NCBI GenBank assembly: GCA_964016885.1
Contig: OZ024740.1
Location: forward strand, 325,438,001 to 325,502,000
DNA length: 64,000 bases
Direction of reading: 5' to 3'
From: Eledone cirrhosa
Lineage: Eukaryota
Shown here: piece after piece, positions 26,882 to 40,798 of the stretch
Numbering within the stretch: position 1 is the first letter of the stretch
Layout: the number at the start of each line of letters is the position of its first letter
Translations under genes and position numbers: made by a program
The notes under the pieces: model-generated
What the model was told of the DNA's origin: nothing
The model's input: only the letters and a program-made list of their open reading frames with translations
The model's database searches: none

Positions 26882-26999
26882 GGAGGGGGATGTAAAATCC
26901 CGAACGCGGCGCCAAGCGGCTTCGGTTTGCGTTCCGGAGTTTACAAATCTCCATACCCACTCTGCATCTCCCCGTGTATTGAGTACTCCCAAAGATATT

Positions 27000-27000
<1 letters not shown>
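26879..27000 (+). mobile_element. Diverged relative of the hairpin-family PLE tail
   Basis: Stem tgtaaaatcc/ggagtttaca, then tacccactct...gtattgagtactc; between (TA)n tracts. Confidence 0.5.
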
Positions 27001-27035
<35 letters not shown>

Positions 27036-27239
27036 AGTAAAAGGAAAAGAAAATGCTGACAAATTTTTCCCAGTGAAAAATAGTTTAATTAGGAATAAGT
27101 ATAAATTAGTAATAAGTATTGGTTAGTATTCAGTTTTAGTTTTAAGTTTTTACCGGTTGCGCATTTCTAATGCTTTTCAAAAATAATTTTGAAATAGAGC
27201 GCCCGTGATGTTTGCTCTAATCTGATCAGTTTTGGAAAT

Positions 27240-27705
27240 TCTTCCTGTTTTATGTGAAAAAAGTGGCACCAGAGGTATTAAGATTTGGTTGGGTGTTGAA
27301 TGTCACGTGAATGAGTACTATAATTATCGCGCCAATTCGTGTTGCAGAAATTCTTGTAGTCAAGACAATTTTGATTGGTCGGTAGAGGTCACGTGAATGT
27401 TAAAAATTGATTTTGCGCCAAATGTAGGTTTGTCGAAGAGTGTCCTTTTTCGCCTGATTGAGAAGTCACTGAAAAATAAGTCTTTTAAGACAAATATGTG
27501 TGTGTGTGTGTGTGTATGTGTGTGTAGTAAAGAGGTTCATTGTTGTGATAATGGTCAGTAGGGATGCGTGTGTGAATTGCAGTCATGTTGAAAGGTCAAC
27601 AGTTCAGGTGTCTATTAAGACAAATGTGTGTGTGTGTGTGTGTGTGTGTAGCAGAGCGGTTCGTGGTAGAGGGAATAAATTCGGTCAGTTGGAATGTGTG
27701 TGTAC

Positions 27706-27782
<77 letters not shown>

Positions 27783-28470
27783 CTATATATATATATATAT
27801 GAAATCGAAAATGCAACTGGAGTCTTTTTTTTTTTAAATATATATTTATTTGGTTCCTTTACCGGTTTCGCAGTTCTTCTGCTTTTCAAAAGTAGAATTG
27901 AGATGGAGGGTCTGTGATTTTTCTCACATCTAGTTGGTCTTTGAATATTACTTCTGTTTTATATGGAAAAAAGTGGCTCGAAATGCCAGGTTTTTAGAGA
28001 AGTAATTTATTGGTTGGTGAATAAGTATAATAAATTTCGCGCCAGTTCGCGTTACAAAGTTCTTCAAACAAAGGGGGGGGCTCAGGTTGTTTTTCATATA
28101 TGAGGGAAGTTTGGTTGGTTGATGCAGTCACGTGAATAAGCACATCAGCTTTCGCGCCAGTGTGTGTTTGAATTTCTTTTTACTTAAAAAAAGTGGCTCA
28201 CGAAGGCTTTTTTTTAATAAATGTAATTTGATTGGTTATAAATGAAATTATGACTGTTACGTGAACAAGTACATTAAATTTCGTGCCCGTATTTTGGGAA
28301 TTTGTTTATAGCCATTTAGAGAATTGTGTGCCAAACAAAAGATAACGGTCAAGAACAAGGGATGGAGAGAGTTGTTCTGAGTATGACTGATGTGCCTAAA
28401 TGTAATTTGATTGGTTATAAATGAAATTATGACTGTCATGTTAACAAGTACATTAAATTTGGGCTGCCTA
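27240..28470. repeat. Dispersed repeat with ~6 internal modules (ATTGG - GTCACGTGAA - TTTCGCGCCA)
   Basis: GTCACGTGAA at 27302, 27388 and 28127; TTTCGCGCCA-like at 27325, 27411, 28035, 28150 and 28279; 27894-27930 matches the reverse complement of 63964-64000. Confidence 0.7.
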
Positions 28471-28509
28471 ATATAGGTCTCTTATTTTTCTTAATTCTTC
28501 TTAATTTAA

Positions 28510-28633
28510 TATTTAAAGTTAAGGATAACAAACCATATTGATGTAGTTAGTATTTTTTTCACCCTAGCAAATTTGGTACTTACGATTCGAACACATGTAT
28601 GTTTATATTAGTGTTCATCTCTCTTGTTTATTC

Positions 28634-28637
<4 letters not shown>
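28510..28637 (+). mobile_element. PLE tail fragment related to 4390-4500
   Basis: tagttagtatttttttcacc.tagc.aat.tggt.c(c)ttacgatt.gaacacat is shared with the reverse complement of 4430-4490. Confidence 0.65.
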
Positions 28638-28707
<70 letters not shown>

Positions 28708-28711
<4 letters not shown>

Positions 28712-29020
28712 AGTATATGTTGGTTGTATACCAACACCTCAGTATGCAGATTGGAGCACTCGACGAAGTGCGCAGGTTGGTTTGGTTACTCCAGTTCCTC
28801 AGTGAAATAACAACCCAACCAGGAACTGGGCATATCAGAGTATTGACAAAGTTATACACCTCAACAACATGTGTACTCGTCTCTACCACACTAATTCGGA
28901 CTGCCTGAAGAGGTCACAGCCAAAGATGGCTATCACTGGAATATATATAGCAGTAATAAACGAAGCCAAATTTTAAACATTTGACTTATTTATTTTATTT
29001 TACTTTATTTTATTTTATTT
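28708..29020 (+). mobile_element. Short non-autonomous HHR-carrying element, copy 1
   Basis: High similarity to 41278-41589; HHR at 28900-28954: actgc-CTGAAGA-stem II-GGAA-tatata-TA-gcagt (one core mutation). Confidence 0.8.
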
Positions 29021-29407
29021 TATATATACATATATATATATATAGAACGACGTTAAGGTTGTTTATATGTCTGTACGTGTTTATGTATATGTATATATAT
29101 ATCTATATGATTATGTATATGTGTTTTTGTGAAGCCGTCCAAGTGATAGTATCTATTATATAAGAGAATTTATTCAGTTTAATTCCTGTATATTTCTATG
29201 ATATTGCCTCCGAGATCTCCGCATGAAAATGAAAACTGTGGTGGAATCGACTATTATCAAACGCCAACACTTGTTAAAGTAAAGCCTCATATTCAATATG
29301 TAGCTGCGTGATTAAATTTTATGTCAATCTATTCATATACATTTTGTGTGTATGAGTGTATATATATATATATGTATGTATATCTTCATAGATATATTTA
29401 TTTGTAT

Positions 29408-29484
<77 letters not shown>

Positions 29485-29516
29485 TCTTTATGTATATATA
29501 TATATATATCTTTATG

Positions 29517-29567
<51 letters not shown>

Positions 29568-29614
29568 ATATATATACATATATCTTTATGTATATATATA
29601 TATATATCTTTATG

Positions 29615-29683
<69 letters not shown>

Positions 29684-29708
29684 ATATATATGCATATATA
29701 TACATATA

Positions 29709-29782
<74 letters not shown>

Positions 29783-29959
29783 CATGTATATCAGAAAGTG
29801 GGAAAGAGTGAGATAATTTGAGAAAGACAGGGAGGTACAGAGACGAAAATGTGAGGGAAGATATAGACATATAGATAAAGAGAGAGAGACAGAGGCAGAG
29901 AGAGAGAGAGAGAGATTTTAATACGAATATACATATATGCGTTCAGGTATATTTGTTTA

Positions 29960-30022
<63 letters not shown>

Positions 30023-30279
30023 GTTGTGTGTATGCGTATATCACTCTGTGTCTGTGTCTGTGTGTGTTCGTATATGTATGTGTCTGTATGTTCTGCGTGT
30101 ATCTGTAGTTGTTGTGTGGTGTTTAATTCTGTCGATATATTGGATGAGTTACTTCAACCGATGCTGGAGGGAAAACATTGCAAAAGAATCATTGAAATAT
30201 ACAGCTATTTAGTACAGCTCATTACAAGTGTGTGTGTGCAGGTGTGTGTGTGTGTTTGTTTGTGTGTGTGTGTGTGTGT

Positions 30280-30376
<97 letters not shown>

Positions 30377-30514
30377 CGCGCGTGTGTGTTTTGTGTGTGT
30401 GTGCGTGTGTGTTTTTGTGTGTGTGTAAAGACAATAAGGAAAACAACATCAGAAAACAATACAATACAATGCTGATATAAATTAGTTTCTATGCACGCTA
30501 TATTTGGAAAAGTG

Positions 30515-30550
30515 TTTTAACGTTTTGGACGTCAGTCCTTCATCGGAAAA
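30515..30550 (-). ncRNA. Degenerate minimal hammerhead, same type as 1278-1313
   Basis: tttt-CCGATGA-a-ggac(tgac)gtcc-AAAA-cg-TT-aaaa. Confidence 0.55.
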
Positions 30551-30656
30551 TAGAATGGGTGAGCGTAGAAGTAGAAAGATAGACGAGAGTACGAAAAGAA
30601 AGAAAACGAGAAACATCTGTGTACTTAGTTAGCCACATATATTTGTGTGTGTGAAT

Positions 30657-30827
<171 letters not shown>

Positions 30828-30971
30828 GCTGTTGTTGTTGTTGAGTGTGTATATAAAAGAAAATCAACATGGAAAAACAATATAGGAGAACGGTACAATA
30901 TAATGATTTTATATAAGTTTAATGCTTGATACAGTTGGAAAAGTTCCTTAGCATTTTGAACCTCGATTCTT

Positions 30972-31009
<38 letters not shown>

Positions 31010-31015
31010 CATATA

Positions 31016-31124
<109 letters not shown>

Positions 31125-31206
31125 AAAAGGTAAACAGAAATAACAACACAATCGTACAGTATATGGAAGGGATATATTTGGTTAACGCTTGATATAGCAG
31201 GAAGAG

Positions 31207-31236
31207 GGTCTTTCGGACGCTAGTCCTTCATTAGAA
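31207..31236 (-). ncRNA. Degenerate minimal hammerhead remnant
   Basis: CTAATGA-a-ggac(tagc)gtcc-GAAA; downstream part lost. Confidence 0.4.
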
Positions 31237-33329
31237 GAAAGAATGAGAAATAAGATAGATTGAGGTGACGGGCGGGATGGAATTGGGAAAAAAATGTCTT
31301 TAGATAAAAATAACAGGTCCATCATGTTGACATCTCTTGTAAAACTTTCTACATCACAACAATAAAACATACACGTTAATTTACCACTCTGGGAAATCAC
31401 ATTCCAAGTAATTAACTGGTTTACTAATATTAGAAATAAAACATCTGCTTCATTTCTACAATTTGATATAGATGCTTATTATTCCTCTATATCACCTGAA
31501 CAAAGCCTTGATATTTGCCAAAAATAGATCAAACTTAACTATGGATGACATTAATATTATTTCAGAAGGAATACTGGCCCAGAAATACATATAGTAATCT
31601 CTTCGACATTACTATGGGCTCTAGTGATTCCGCCCAAATTACCGATCTTGTGGGCCTCTTTCTTCTATTTAACATTAATTCATCTTTTCCCCACCTTAAA
31701 GGTGGTTTATATCGTGATGACTGTCTTCTTCTTTCCACTACTCTTAGCCTATCAGAAATTGAAAAAAATAAAAAAACTTATTAGAACTTTCCTCAAAGAC
31801 TATTACAATATCACTATTACATTTGAAAACACCAGTAAAATAGTCAATTTCCTAGATATAACTTTAGACCTATCTACGTGTATCTACCAACCTTACCTTA
31901 AACCTAATCAAAACTTACATTACATACACTCACAATCCAATCACCCTAGATCTATCCTTAAAAACCTAAAATCTCTAACCTTTCATCTAACCAGGATGTA
32001 TTCGATAAAAACGTGCCCTTTTATAACGAAGCTTTAGCTAGAAGCGGCCACAAAAACAAATTAGTTGATATACCTTGCACCAATAATACTTCAAACATAC
32101 AACCCAATATTACCAACAAACGCCAAATGAAAAACCCACACCTAAATGCCACTCATACTACACCCAAAAATACCAACCTAAAACTTAATTTCTCTACCTC
32201 TTCTCACATAAAATAAAATGACTTTCAAAAAACCATTCATACTAATACTCCAATATATGTTAACAACATTACTAACAAAATTCCTAGTAATCAGACTAAA
32301 ACACCTAAATCAGTTAATCTAACTAAACCTATATATAATAAATTCACTAATACTAACTCTCTTAGTAAACATCCTGATACATCGTATAAATATAAAAAAC
32401 AATATCGAAACCGTAATAGACGTGTTACTTGGTATAATGCTCCATTTAATCTACAAATTAAAGATAATATCCCTAAAAATTGTTTACTATCCTAGAGAAA
32501 AACTTCCCGCCAAACCATAAATACCATCAAATTTTAAATAGATCAACTGTCAAATTTTCCTACTCTACTACCAAAAATATACAACAAAATATAAGTGCGT
32601 AAAACGCATATAAATGTAAAAAAAAACACAAATATACCACCAACACATCAAACCAACAATAATACTAAAATAAACCGCAACAAACCACCATCTCCTTCAC
32701 CTATAACAAGTCGAGTAAATTCAACACCAAATTTGACTAACTCCCCTGATATAATATTCACGAATGGCTGTAACTGTAGAATCAAAAGAAATTGCCCATT
32801 AAAGGGAAATTGTCTTATCTATAAATGTAAAATTAGCACTAAGGACTCCACTTATTCATATATAGGAGCAAGTCTAACCAATTTAAAATAAGATTTAATA
32901 CCCACAAACATAGTTTTAAAAATGCCGCATTAGCTAATACAACATCCTTGGCTGAAACAATTAATAATTATATAAAGAAGAATATCGATTACAACCTGAG
33001 CTGGAGTGTGCTCAAAATATCTGTGTTATCAAAATAAATGTGTTATCAAAATAACAGATACGAGTGTAGGTTATGTTCCCAGGAACTTTTTGAAATCATG
33101 AAATCTAAGGATATCCTATTAAATAAGCGACAGGAATTAATTATATCTTGCAATCATAGCATTAGAAGAACCTTAAAATATTATAAACCTAATTAATATA
33201 CACCTTACACTTATATTTTACATATTATTATAATTAGTTTTTTTAATTTAGTTAACCTATAATTAGTACTTTACTACAGAGAACTTCATAATTTTATTTC
33301 CCTCTTACAGCTCTCTTTTCCTAAAATTA

Positions 33330-33672
33330 ATACCTAAAAGTATACCTATAAATTAATTTAATTTCCTGTTATGAATCTGGATTTCTTGTAGTTTATATAA
33401 GATTGGTATTTCTCACTACTACCCATATCCCAAAATTTTACTTTCCTTCGTTTTTAACAACTCTTTAATAACATCTAATTCTTATTTATCACATTCATAT
33501 GAATTAATATAAATTTATCCCTATAAGTATACCTATCAATTAATTTAATTTCTTGATATAGATCTAGTTTCCTTGTGGTTTAAATAAGATTGGTATTTCT
33601 CACTAATACCCTTACCCTAAAATTTTATTTTCCTTCGTTTTTACCATTATTCTTTAATAACATCAAATTTTC
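33330..33672. repeat. Diverged tandem duplication (~190-bp period) in the PLE 3' UTR
   Basis: aagtatacctat.aattaatttaatttc...ataagattggtatttctcacta...tttccttcgttttta occurs twice. Confidence 0.8.
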
Positions 33673-33904
33673 GTGTACCCTTCACTGGCTTGACCTCTTT
33701 TCATCCCCAAAGTATTCTTTTCATTCAAAGTATTCTTTTCATTCAAAACATAAGTCTGCACTCCACTACACCTAAATTAAATTTCTACTGCCACTATTCT
33801 ATCAACTTGACCTCTAACTACTTTTCTATTCGTCAATTCAAAACCTGTTCCCAAACAACCTTTTATATTAAATCTTTGTTGGTTTTTTTTAAAATAAACA
33901 AATC

Positions 33905-34039
33905 TCATCATTTCTGAAGACAGCGTGTATATGTGAAGGTATGTATATTTCCTCTGATAATTTGTAATATTTTTACATAGATCTATATGATATACATACC
34001 ACACACATATACATCCTAGAAACGATCGTAAAATGATGA
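33905..34039 (+). ncRNA. Type I hammerhead with a ~100-nt stem II domain
   Basis: tcatcattt-CTGAAGA-[tgtatatgtg/cacatataca plus ggtatgtatat/atatacatacc]-GAAA-cgatcg-TA-aaatgatga. Confidence 0.85.
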
Positions 34040-34091
34040 ATTTTTTAATATAAAGAACTTGTTCTTTGTTTTTATTTCATTGTTTTTATTA

Positions 34092-34165
<74 letters not shown>

Positions 34166-34371
34166 TGTATGTTTTATTGTTGTGATGCAGGAAGTTAGTC
34201 GAGTATAATTTTGATAGTTTTTTTTACTTTTATATCTAGTGGGAATTGTATCTTGTGGCTGAGGATGAATTTTGGTTTATGGACTACGCTCACTTGAGTG
34301 GATACCGCTGGTTTGGTGTCGATTTGTTTGCGTTGAAGTGAGAGCAATTAACAATCAGTTATATATACATA

Positions 34372-34522
34372 TGTTTCCGAAGAAGACGGTATGATCTAAC
34401 CCACATATTATGTCTGATAGTATACAGTTCTATAACTGCTAGAGACCAGTCAATATATGATCAACCCAATATTCATATATTGGGTTGATTATATATCAAC
34501 CCTCCGAAACGATCGGGAAACA
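34372..34522 (+). ncRNA. Degenerate long-stem-II hammerhead-like motif
   Basis: tgttt-CCGAAGA...GAAA-cgatcg-ggaaaca; internal 20-bp hairpin at 34453-34498; cleavage triplet unclear. Confidence 0.45.
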
Positions 34523-34603
34523 AAGAATAAGATAGGTAAAATAACTTGCCTTTGTTATCATTGTTAAAAAAACTATTATATAACATATATATATATATAT
34601 ATG

Positions 34604-34776
<173 letters not shown>

Positions 34777-34985
34777 TGCGTATGTATGTATACATATGTA
34801 TACAATAGAAAATACAGGAGGATCAGTTAATTATGATTTTATTCAGCATATTCCTCTCTCAGATTCACATACTTATTGTATATATGTAACTATCTATCTA
34901 ACTCCCCCCAACTCCACCCCAAAATAAGTGTAAATAAAGGGGTCACTTGACTTCAACATTTAGAATGTGTTCTGTACCTACGACC

Positions 34986-35075
34986 GCATATCTGATGAGA
35001 TGTCGATGCAAACTCGAGCCCCGAATGTTATGATCGAACCCTAAGATGATCGATGTGGAAATAATTGTCATATGC
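34986..35075 (+). ncRNA. Type I hammerhead ribozyme motif
   Basis: gcatat-CTGATGA-g.atgtcgat...atcgatgt.g-GAAA-taattg-TC-atatgc; the first stem II pair is a G.G mismatch. Confidence 0.8.
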
Positions 35076-35129
35076 AATAAAGTTCATTTATGGCGCAACC
35101 TTGACTTCGTTCCTACCTACTTGTGTGTG

Positions 35130-35282
<153 letters not shown>

Positions 35283-37059
35283 GTGTGTGTGCGTGCGTAT
35301 TTGTGTGTGGGTATTGATTTATCGACGATTTGTGTCTGCTGAAATATTTCAGATAAAACATAGAAGCATTTTATCTCATAAAAACATCACAGCTAAACTT
35401 TAAACATTGTACATATGTGTGTGGAGGGAGAGATGGGGTGTAACCAAAGGTACACACTACAGAAATTTCACTCATTGATCTTGAAAGGGAGATCAATCAA
35501 ATTTAGAAATATTTTCATCATCATGAAATCTCCAACTTAAAATATATATAACTCATGCAGATGCTCTTTTATACAGTGTTCACATATAATAATATTACTT
35601 TTATATTTTCTTACATGTTAAATATTATTTTTTACATGTGTCATAACCAATTTATTTTCAACGAAGCACCTTCCATCATGATGATTCTGCAAAAATATAT
35701 TCTTTCACATTACATAAGAAATTAGACCTTGAGAAAATGCTAAGATTGTTTGGCATGTCTTGGCCATCGCCATAACACTAAGTTACGTAATTAGCATCTA
35801 TTGTCTTAAATTTTGATACATGTTATTATCTAAATTAGATTGAGTGTAGAAGTACAAACTCAATCTCGCCTGTTGCACGTAATGCAATCCTCTAAACACG
35901 TATCGTCTGTCAAGAAAGGATGTGATGCAGAAAAGAAATTTTCATAAAAGATTTTCAAGAAAATTCCAGTACAAAAATATTTTAAAATTTCGGAGGAAAA
36001 TATATTTAAATAAATGTGTGAGAAATATATAAAAAATCTGAATGAAAATTATATAGAAAAAAATTGAGAAGAAATATAAAAATTCAAGGAGAAACTATAT
36101 AAATATAAAGAAATATTAGTGTGGCTTTAAAATGGCTTTATCGGGATTTGAATAAGGAACACACAAAAACAAAAAAACAAAAAAAACAAAATATGGCAGC
36201 TGGTTTGCTTTGTATTGTTTTCTACGAGGTTTCTGACTCATCGTTTATATTATTAGCGAATCAATAAAGAATGAACTGACAGTCATCCTGCTTGTCAACT
36301 GTAATTTTCCTTATTAACGTTTATTGCTGTTGCTGTGGTTGATGATGCTGGTGATGTTTTGTTGGTTGGTTTCATTACACGAACTTTCAATTTTAATTAG
36401 TGGCACTTTTAGACAATTAATTTCCAAATTAATTTCATGTGAAACTAGAAAAAAAATACCAAAGATATAATAATTAATAATAAAACATCACAACTAATGC
36501 CTTAAAGCAGTTGTTTTTATCCAATATTCGAAATGGCCATTTCAGGTCGTCGCTTAAAAACTAAATTCCTTGGTAGTTATGTTTTAGTGGATCACTGTTT
36601 TCCCCTCAGAGAGGGGGAAAAAAGGGAGCTATAGAAATTTAAGGGGATAGAATAGAAAACAAAACAATGCGAAACAAAACATAACAAGAATATATCAAAT
36701 CAATTAGTGATCGATTTAAATTGTCACACAAATCATATGCTTGAGAAATAGAATGTTCTGTTCAGTGTAATACATGTAGTGAGCTATTAATAAATATATG
36801 ACTAGTTTGGGATCTCAGTCGATTTCGACGACGAGTGTTCCTGCTGTTTAACCAACGGAATATCCTGGTCATAGAAGTGGTTGAATTGAGTATTCCACAG
36901 ACACGTGGACCCTCAACATAGTTCTCAGGGAGCTTCAGCGTGACATAGTGTGACGAGGTTGCTGACATGTGTGCGCGTGTATGGATCTCCGTCGGTTCCG
37001 AAGACACATTTTCCAGTTGTTTGAAATTAACGGATCAGGCAGCTTTTGAGATTAACGTG

Positions 37060-37235
37060 TAAGTGTAACCTTAATGTAGTACTCAGAGAAATTCAGAGTG
37101 ACATAGTGTATGACAAAGCTGACCCTTTGAATTAAAGGTGCAATGCATTGTTTCCAGTTAACTGGACTGGAATATCGTAAAATAAAGTGTCTTCCTCAAA
37201 GACACAACACACCATGGGAATCGAACTCACATAAA
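37060..37235 (-). mobile_element. Second SINE-like family fragment
   Basis: Minus strand gagttcgattccc (B box) followed by tgtgtctttgaggaagacactttatttt; related text at 59880-59940. Confidence 0.5.
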
Positions 37236-37439
37236 GGAAATAAACAGCTTTGTTTCAATCTGGACGTAGAATGCTCATTTATCTCTAGGCCGGCCAAAAC
37301 TGCGTTGAAGTGGGGTAGTTGAGCCGGTTGGTGTGTGTCAACAGTGATTGTGAAGGAGGTCTATTCGTATTAAATTCTAGTTCTTTTATTCTTTTATTCT
37401 GTTCTATTACATATGCATTACACAAACACACCTATACAG

Positions 37440-37543
<104 letters not shown>

Positions 37544-37550
37544 ATCTATA

Positions 37551-37740
37551 TAACGAAGGAAGTGTGGTAAAGAAACAGGTGGACCATAACGCACCAGAGT
37601 ACTCGATACTTAGGGTAGTAGAGTGGGTAATAGGAAAAAAGTTAGGACCCCGACGGCTGAGCTCCGGCCGTTTCGACAGCTGTCGATCTAGCTATCTAAA
37701 CGGCTGGAGCTCAGCCGTCGGTCCTGACTTTTTTATCTAT
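37551..37740. mobile_element. TA-inserted PLE-tail-like element with a fold-back hairpin, hairpin family copy 3
   Basis: Tail shared with 5987-6066; aaaaaagttaggacc..gacggctgagctccggccgttt is mirrored at 37698-37734. Confidence 0.8.
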
Positions 37741-37791
<51 letters not shown>

Positions 37792-37799
37792 TACTTATC

Positions 37800-37979
37800 T
37801 CACTCGCTTTACGCGTTTCAATTGTCCTAATAACTTATTTTAGTTATTATCGCACCAACGTGAGGTATATGATTTTTAATTTGATGAAATACCTATGACC
37901 GTTGGTAAATCACTGATGAGGGACTCATTTTATAACATGTAATCCATGTGCAACCATGCAGTATTCTTCTCCCCATATG

Positions 37980-37985
<6 letters not shown>
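37800..37985 (+). mobile_element. Dispersed structured repeat, copy 2 (candidate permuted hammerhead)
   Basis: Co-linear with 6320-6505; contains GAAA at 37886 and CTGATGA at 37913. Confidence 0.75.
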
Positions 37986-38054
<69 letters not shown>

Positions 38055-39361
38055 CGTTTCTATTTTAAGCACAAGGCCAGCAACACAGTATTATAACAAA
38101 AATATAAAACATTGTCTAATTAGGTATTGTGCATTTTTCTCTTGTGTTCACATATACAAATGTACGAATATCATGACGATAATGATGGTGATGATGGTGA
38201 TGATGATCATTATCATTACTGTTTAACGTCTATTTTCAATGCTTGCATGTGTTAGACGGGTTATCACGTTATGATGGTAGATATATCAGATGGTCGAATC
38301 TTGCTCATATAGTATATTTCTGACATGGCTTTCAACGGCTGTATTCCTTTCCTAAAGCCAAACACATTTCAACGTGCAATGGCAGCTTTCTTCGTGGACT
38401 ACTACCATCTTACAGGGTAACTGGGTGCTTTTACTCTTGACTCTAGTACGAACACTTGTCTTCTAACTCCCTACTATTTACCTTCTGCCTACCAATCCAT
38501 ATATATACACACACACGTATATATACATATATTTGTATATATGTAAGTGTGTGTGTGTGCGTGTATGTGTGAGTGTCTGTCTGTCTATGTATGTGTATGT
38601 GCGTTCTGTTACTGTAGACATTGACTTTCAGATAAGGCTAGATATCGGCTGCACCAGTATCACGAGCCTGTATTCTCCTGCGAAGGTCAACCTGAATGTA
38701 GATTCTCCTAACCCCACTAAGTTACAATATAAAAGCAACAAAGTGGTGCTCCAGCATGGTCGCAGTCAAGTGACTGAAACCAATAAAAGTATTTAGAAAA
38801 GTAAATGAATAACAAGAGTACACTAACACAGACAGCAGCAAATGGCAGACTCGTTAGGTGTGCCAAATTAAAGCTATATTGATATTTGTCCCAGCTCAAA
38901 GCACTGTAAGTTCAAATCCCGCTGAGATTAACTCAACTTTTCATCATTTCGCTGTCTAAAAATAAAATAACAGTGCAGTACATGGTTCCAGTTCCCCGTT
39001 ATTTCAAAATATACTTTTATCGTTTCTCGCTTTCAGATCATATCTGAAGGGGGATAGGCTTCACCAGGTTTAAAACACCATATGATAGCACGACGCCCCA
39101 ACGATCAGTCAATTGTAATGGACATATTCTTCTTCTATACTAACATATAAACGTAGATTTCCTTATAGTTTAAGGCAGAATTAACCTCCACAACCATTCT
39201 TAAGAATCAATTGTTATACTATTTGTATAGTGTCTTATTTGGCAGGAATCGTTACGTTAATTCCAAGAACGTCGTTTATACAAACAAACATGTGTCATAA
39301 AAGGGGAAAAAGGTTTGTTCTTCCACACACACATCACACACACATACTCACACACACACAC

Positions 39362-39401
<40 letters not shown>

Positions 39402-39537
39402 ATATATATATATGTGTGTGTATATAATATACATATATACATAATATACATGTATATAAAATATATATATATCATATATAAATCTATATTTATATATATA
39501 TATACACATAGATATACATATATATATGTATGTATAT

Positions 39538-39569
<32 letters not shown>

Positions 39570-39709
39570 ATGTGTATATGTATGTACATTATAAGCAATG
39601 ATCTTCTGCTCTAGATTTTCTGCTTTGTTCATTAAAAGTACATTTATTTGTTTTAGCAAACAGAATGTGGACACCATCTAGAACCACGTGTCTGTTGATG
39701 TATTCCTCA

Positions 39710-40225
39710 CACACACACACACACACACACACACTGATCAGACACACACTCATACACACAGACACACTGATCATACACACACTCATACACACAGACACAC
39801 ACTCATACACAGAGACACACTGATCATACATACACTCATACACACTCATACACATAGAGACATACACACTGGTCATACATACACTCATACACACACATAC
39901 AAATACACATACACATAGAGACAGACATACATACACACACACACACACACACATAGAGACACACACACTGATCACATACACACACATTTATACACAGACA
40001 CACATAGAAACACATACACTGATCAAACGCACACTGATCATAAGCACACTCATATACGCACATACAAATACACATACGCATACACATACACATAGAGACA
40101 CACACACACTGATCATACACACACACACATAGAAACACATACTCTGATCATACGCACACATATACACACGCACGCACACTGATCATACGCACGCACATAC
40201 ACATACACACATACACACACACACC
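39710..40225. repeat. CA-derived degenerate minisatellite punctuated by ACTGATCA
   Basis: Recurrent cacactgatcatacac motif at irregular ~15-100-bp spacing. Confidence 0.75.
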
Positions 40226-40593
40226 ATAAACTCAGTACAGTAAACATACACATGTATACGCCATGTAAATACTTTCTCCTTCCAATCAAAATCTATTCCC
40301 ACACACACTCACGCACACACTAATCTACACACATGCATATATATGCGTACATATATGAGTATATTTGTACATATGTATGTACATGTGTGTATATGTATGT
40401 ATATGTGTACATATGTATGTACATGAGAGCATATGCGAGCATATGTGTACATATGTATGTATATATATATATGTGTGTTTTGAGAAACTGTCGACGAATG
40501 GATGTTCCAAATAACTATATCCATGCATAAAGGTATAAGACAATGTATCTATGTAAATATATATATATTTGTGTATGTGTGTATGTGTGTGTG

Positions 40594-40689
<96 letters not shown>

Positions 40690-40758
40690 GAGAGAGTGTC
40701 AGTGTGAATGTGAGCGTGTGTGTTTGTGTCTGTACGTGTGCGTAAATATAAGGATTCC

Positions 40759-40798
<40 letters not shown>

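Larger units (their letters stand above)
31350..34095 (+). mobile_element. Degenerate Penelope-like element of the YRDD type (probably Naiad clade), with 3' UTR, HHR and tail
   Basis: FLQFDIDAYYSSI (~31453-31491), FDITMGSSDSAQITDLVG, GLYRDD (31704-31721), VNFLDITLDL, SNHP, VTWYNAPF, CNCRIKRNCPLKGNCL, IYKCKI...YIG, CRLC, LLNKRQEL..SCNH; several frameshifts and stops. Confidence 0.85.

Noticed and set aside
31350-33200. Selenocysteine recoding in the Naiad-like PLEs
   Set aside because: Conserved Cys positions here and at 5610-5800 use TGT/TGC. The interruptions are ordinary frameshifts and stops, and I could not identify a SECIS.
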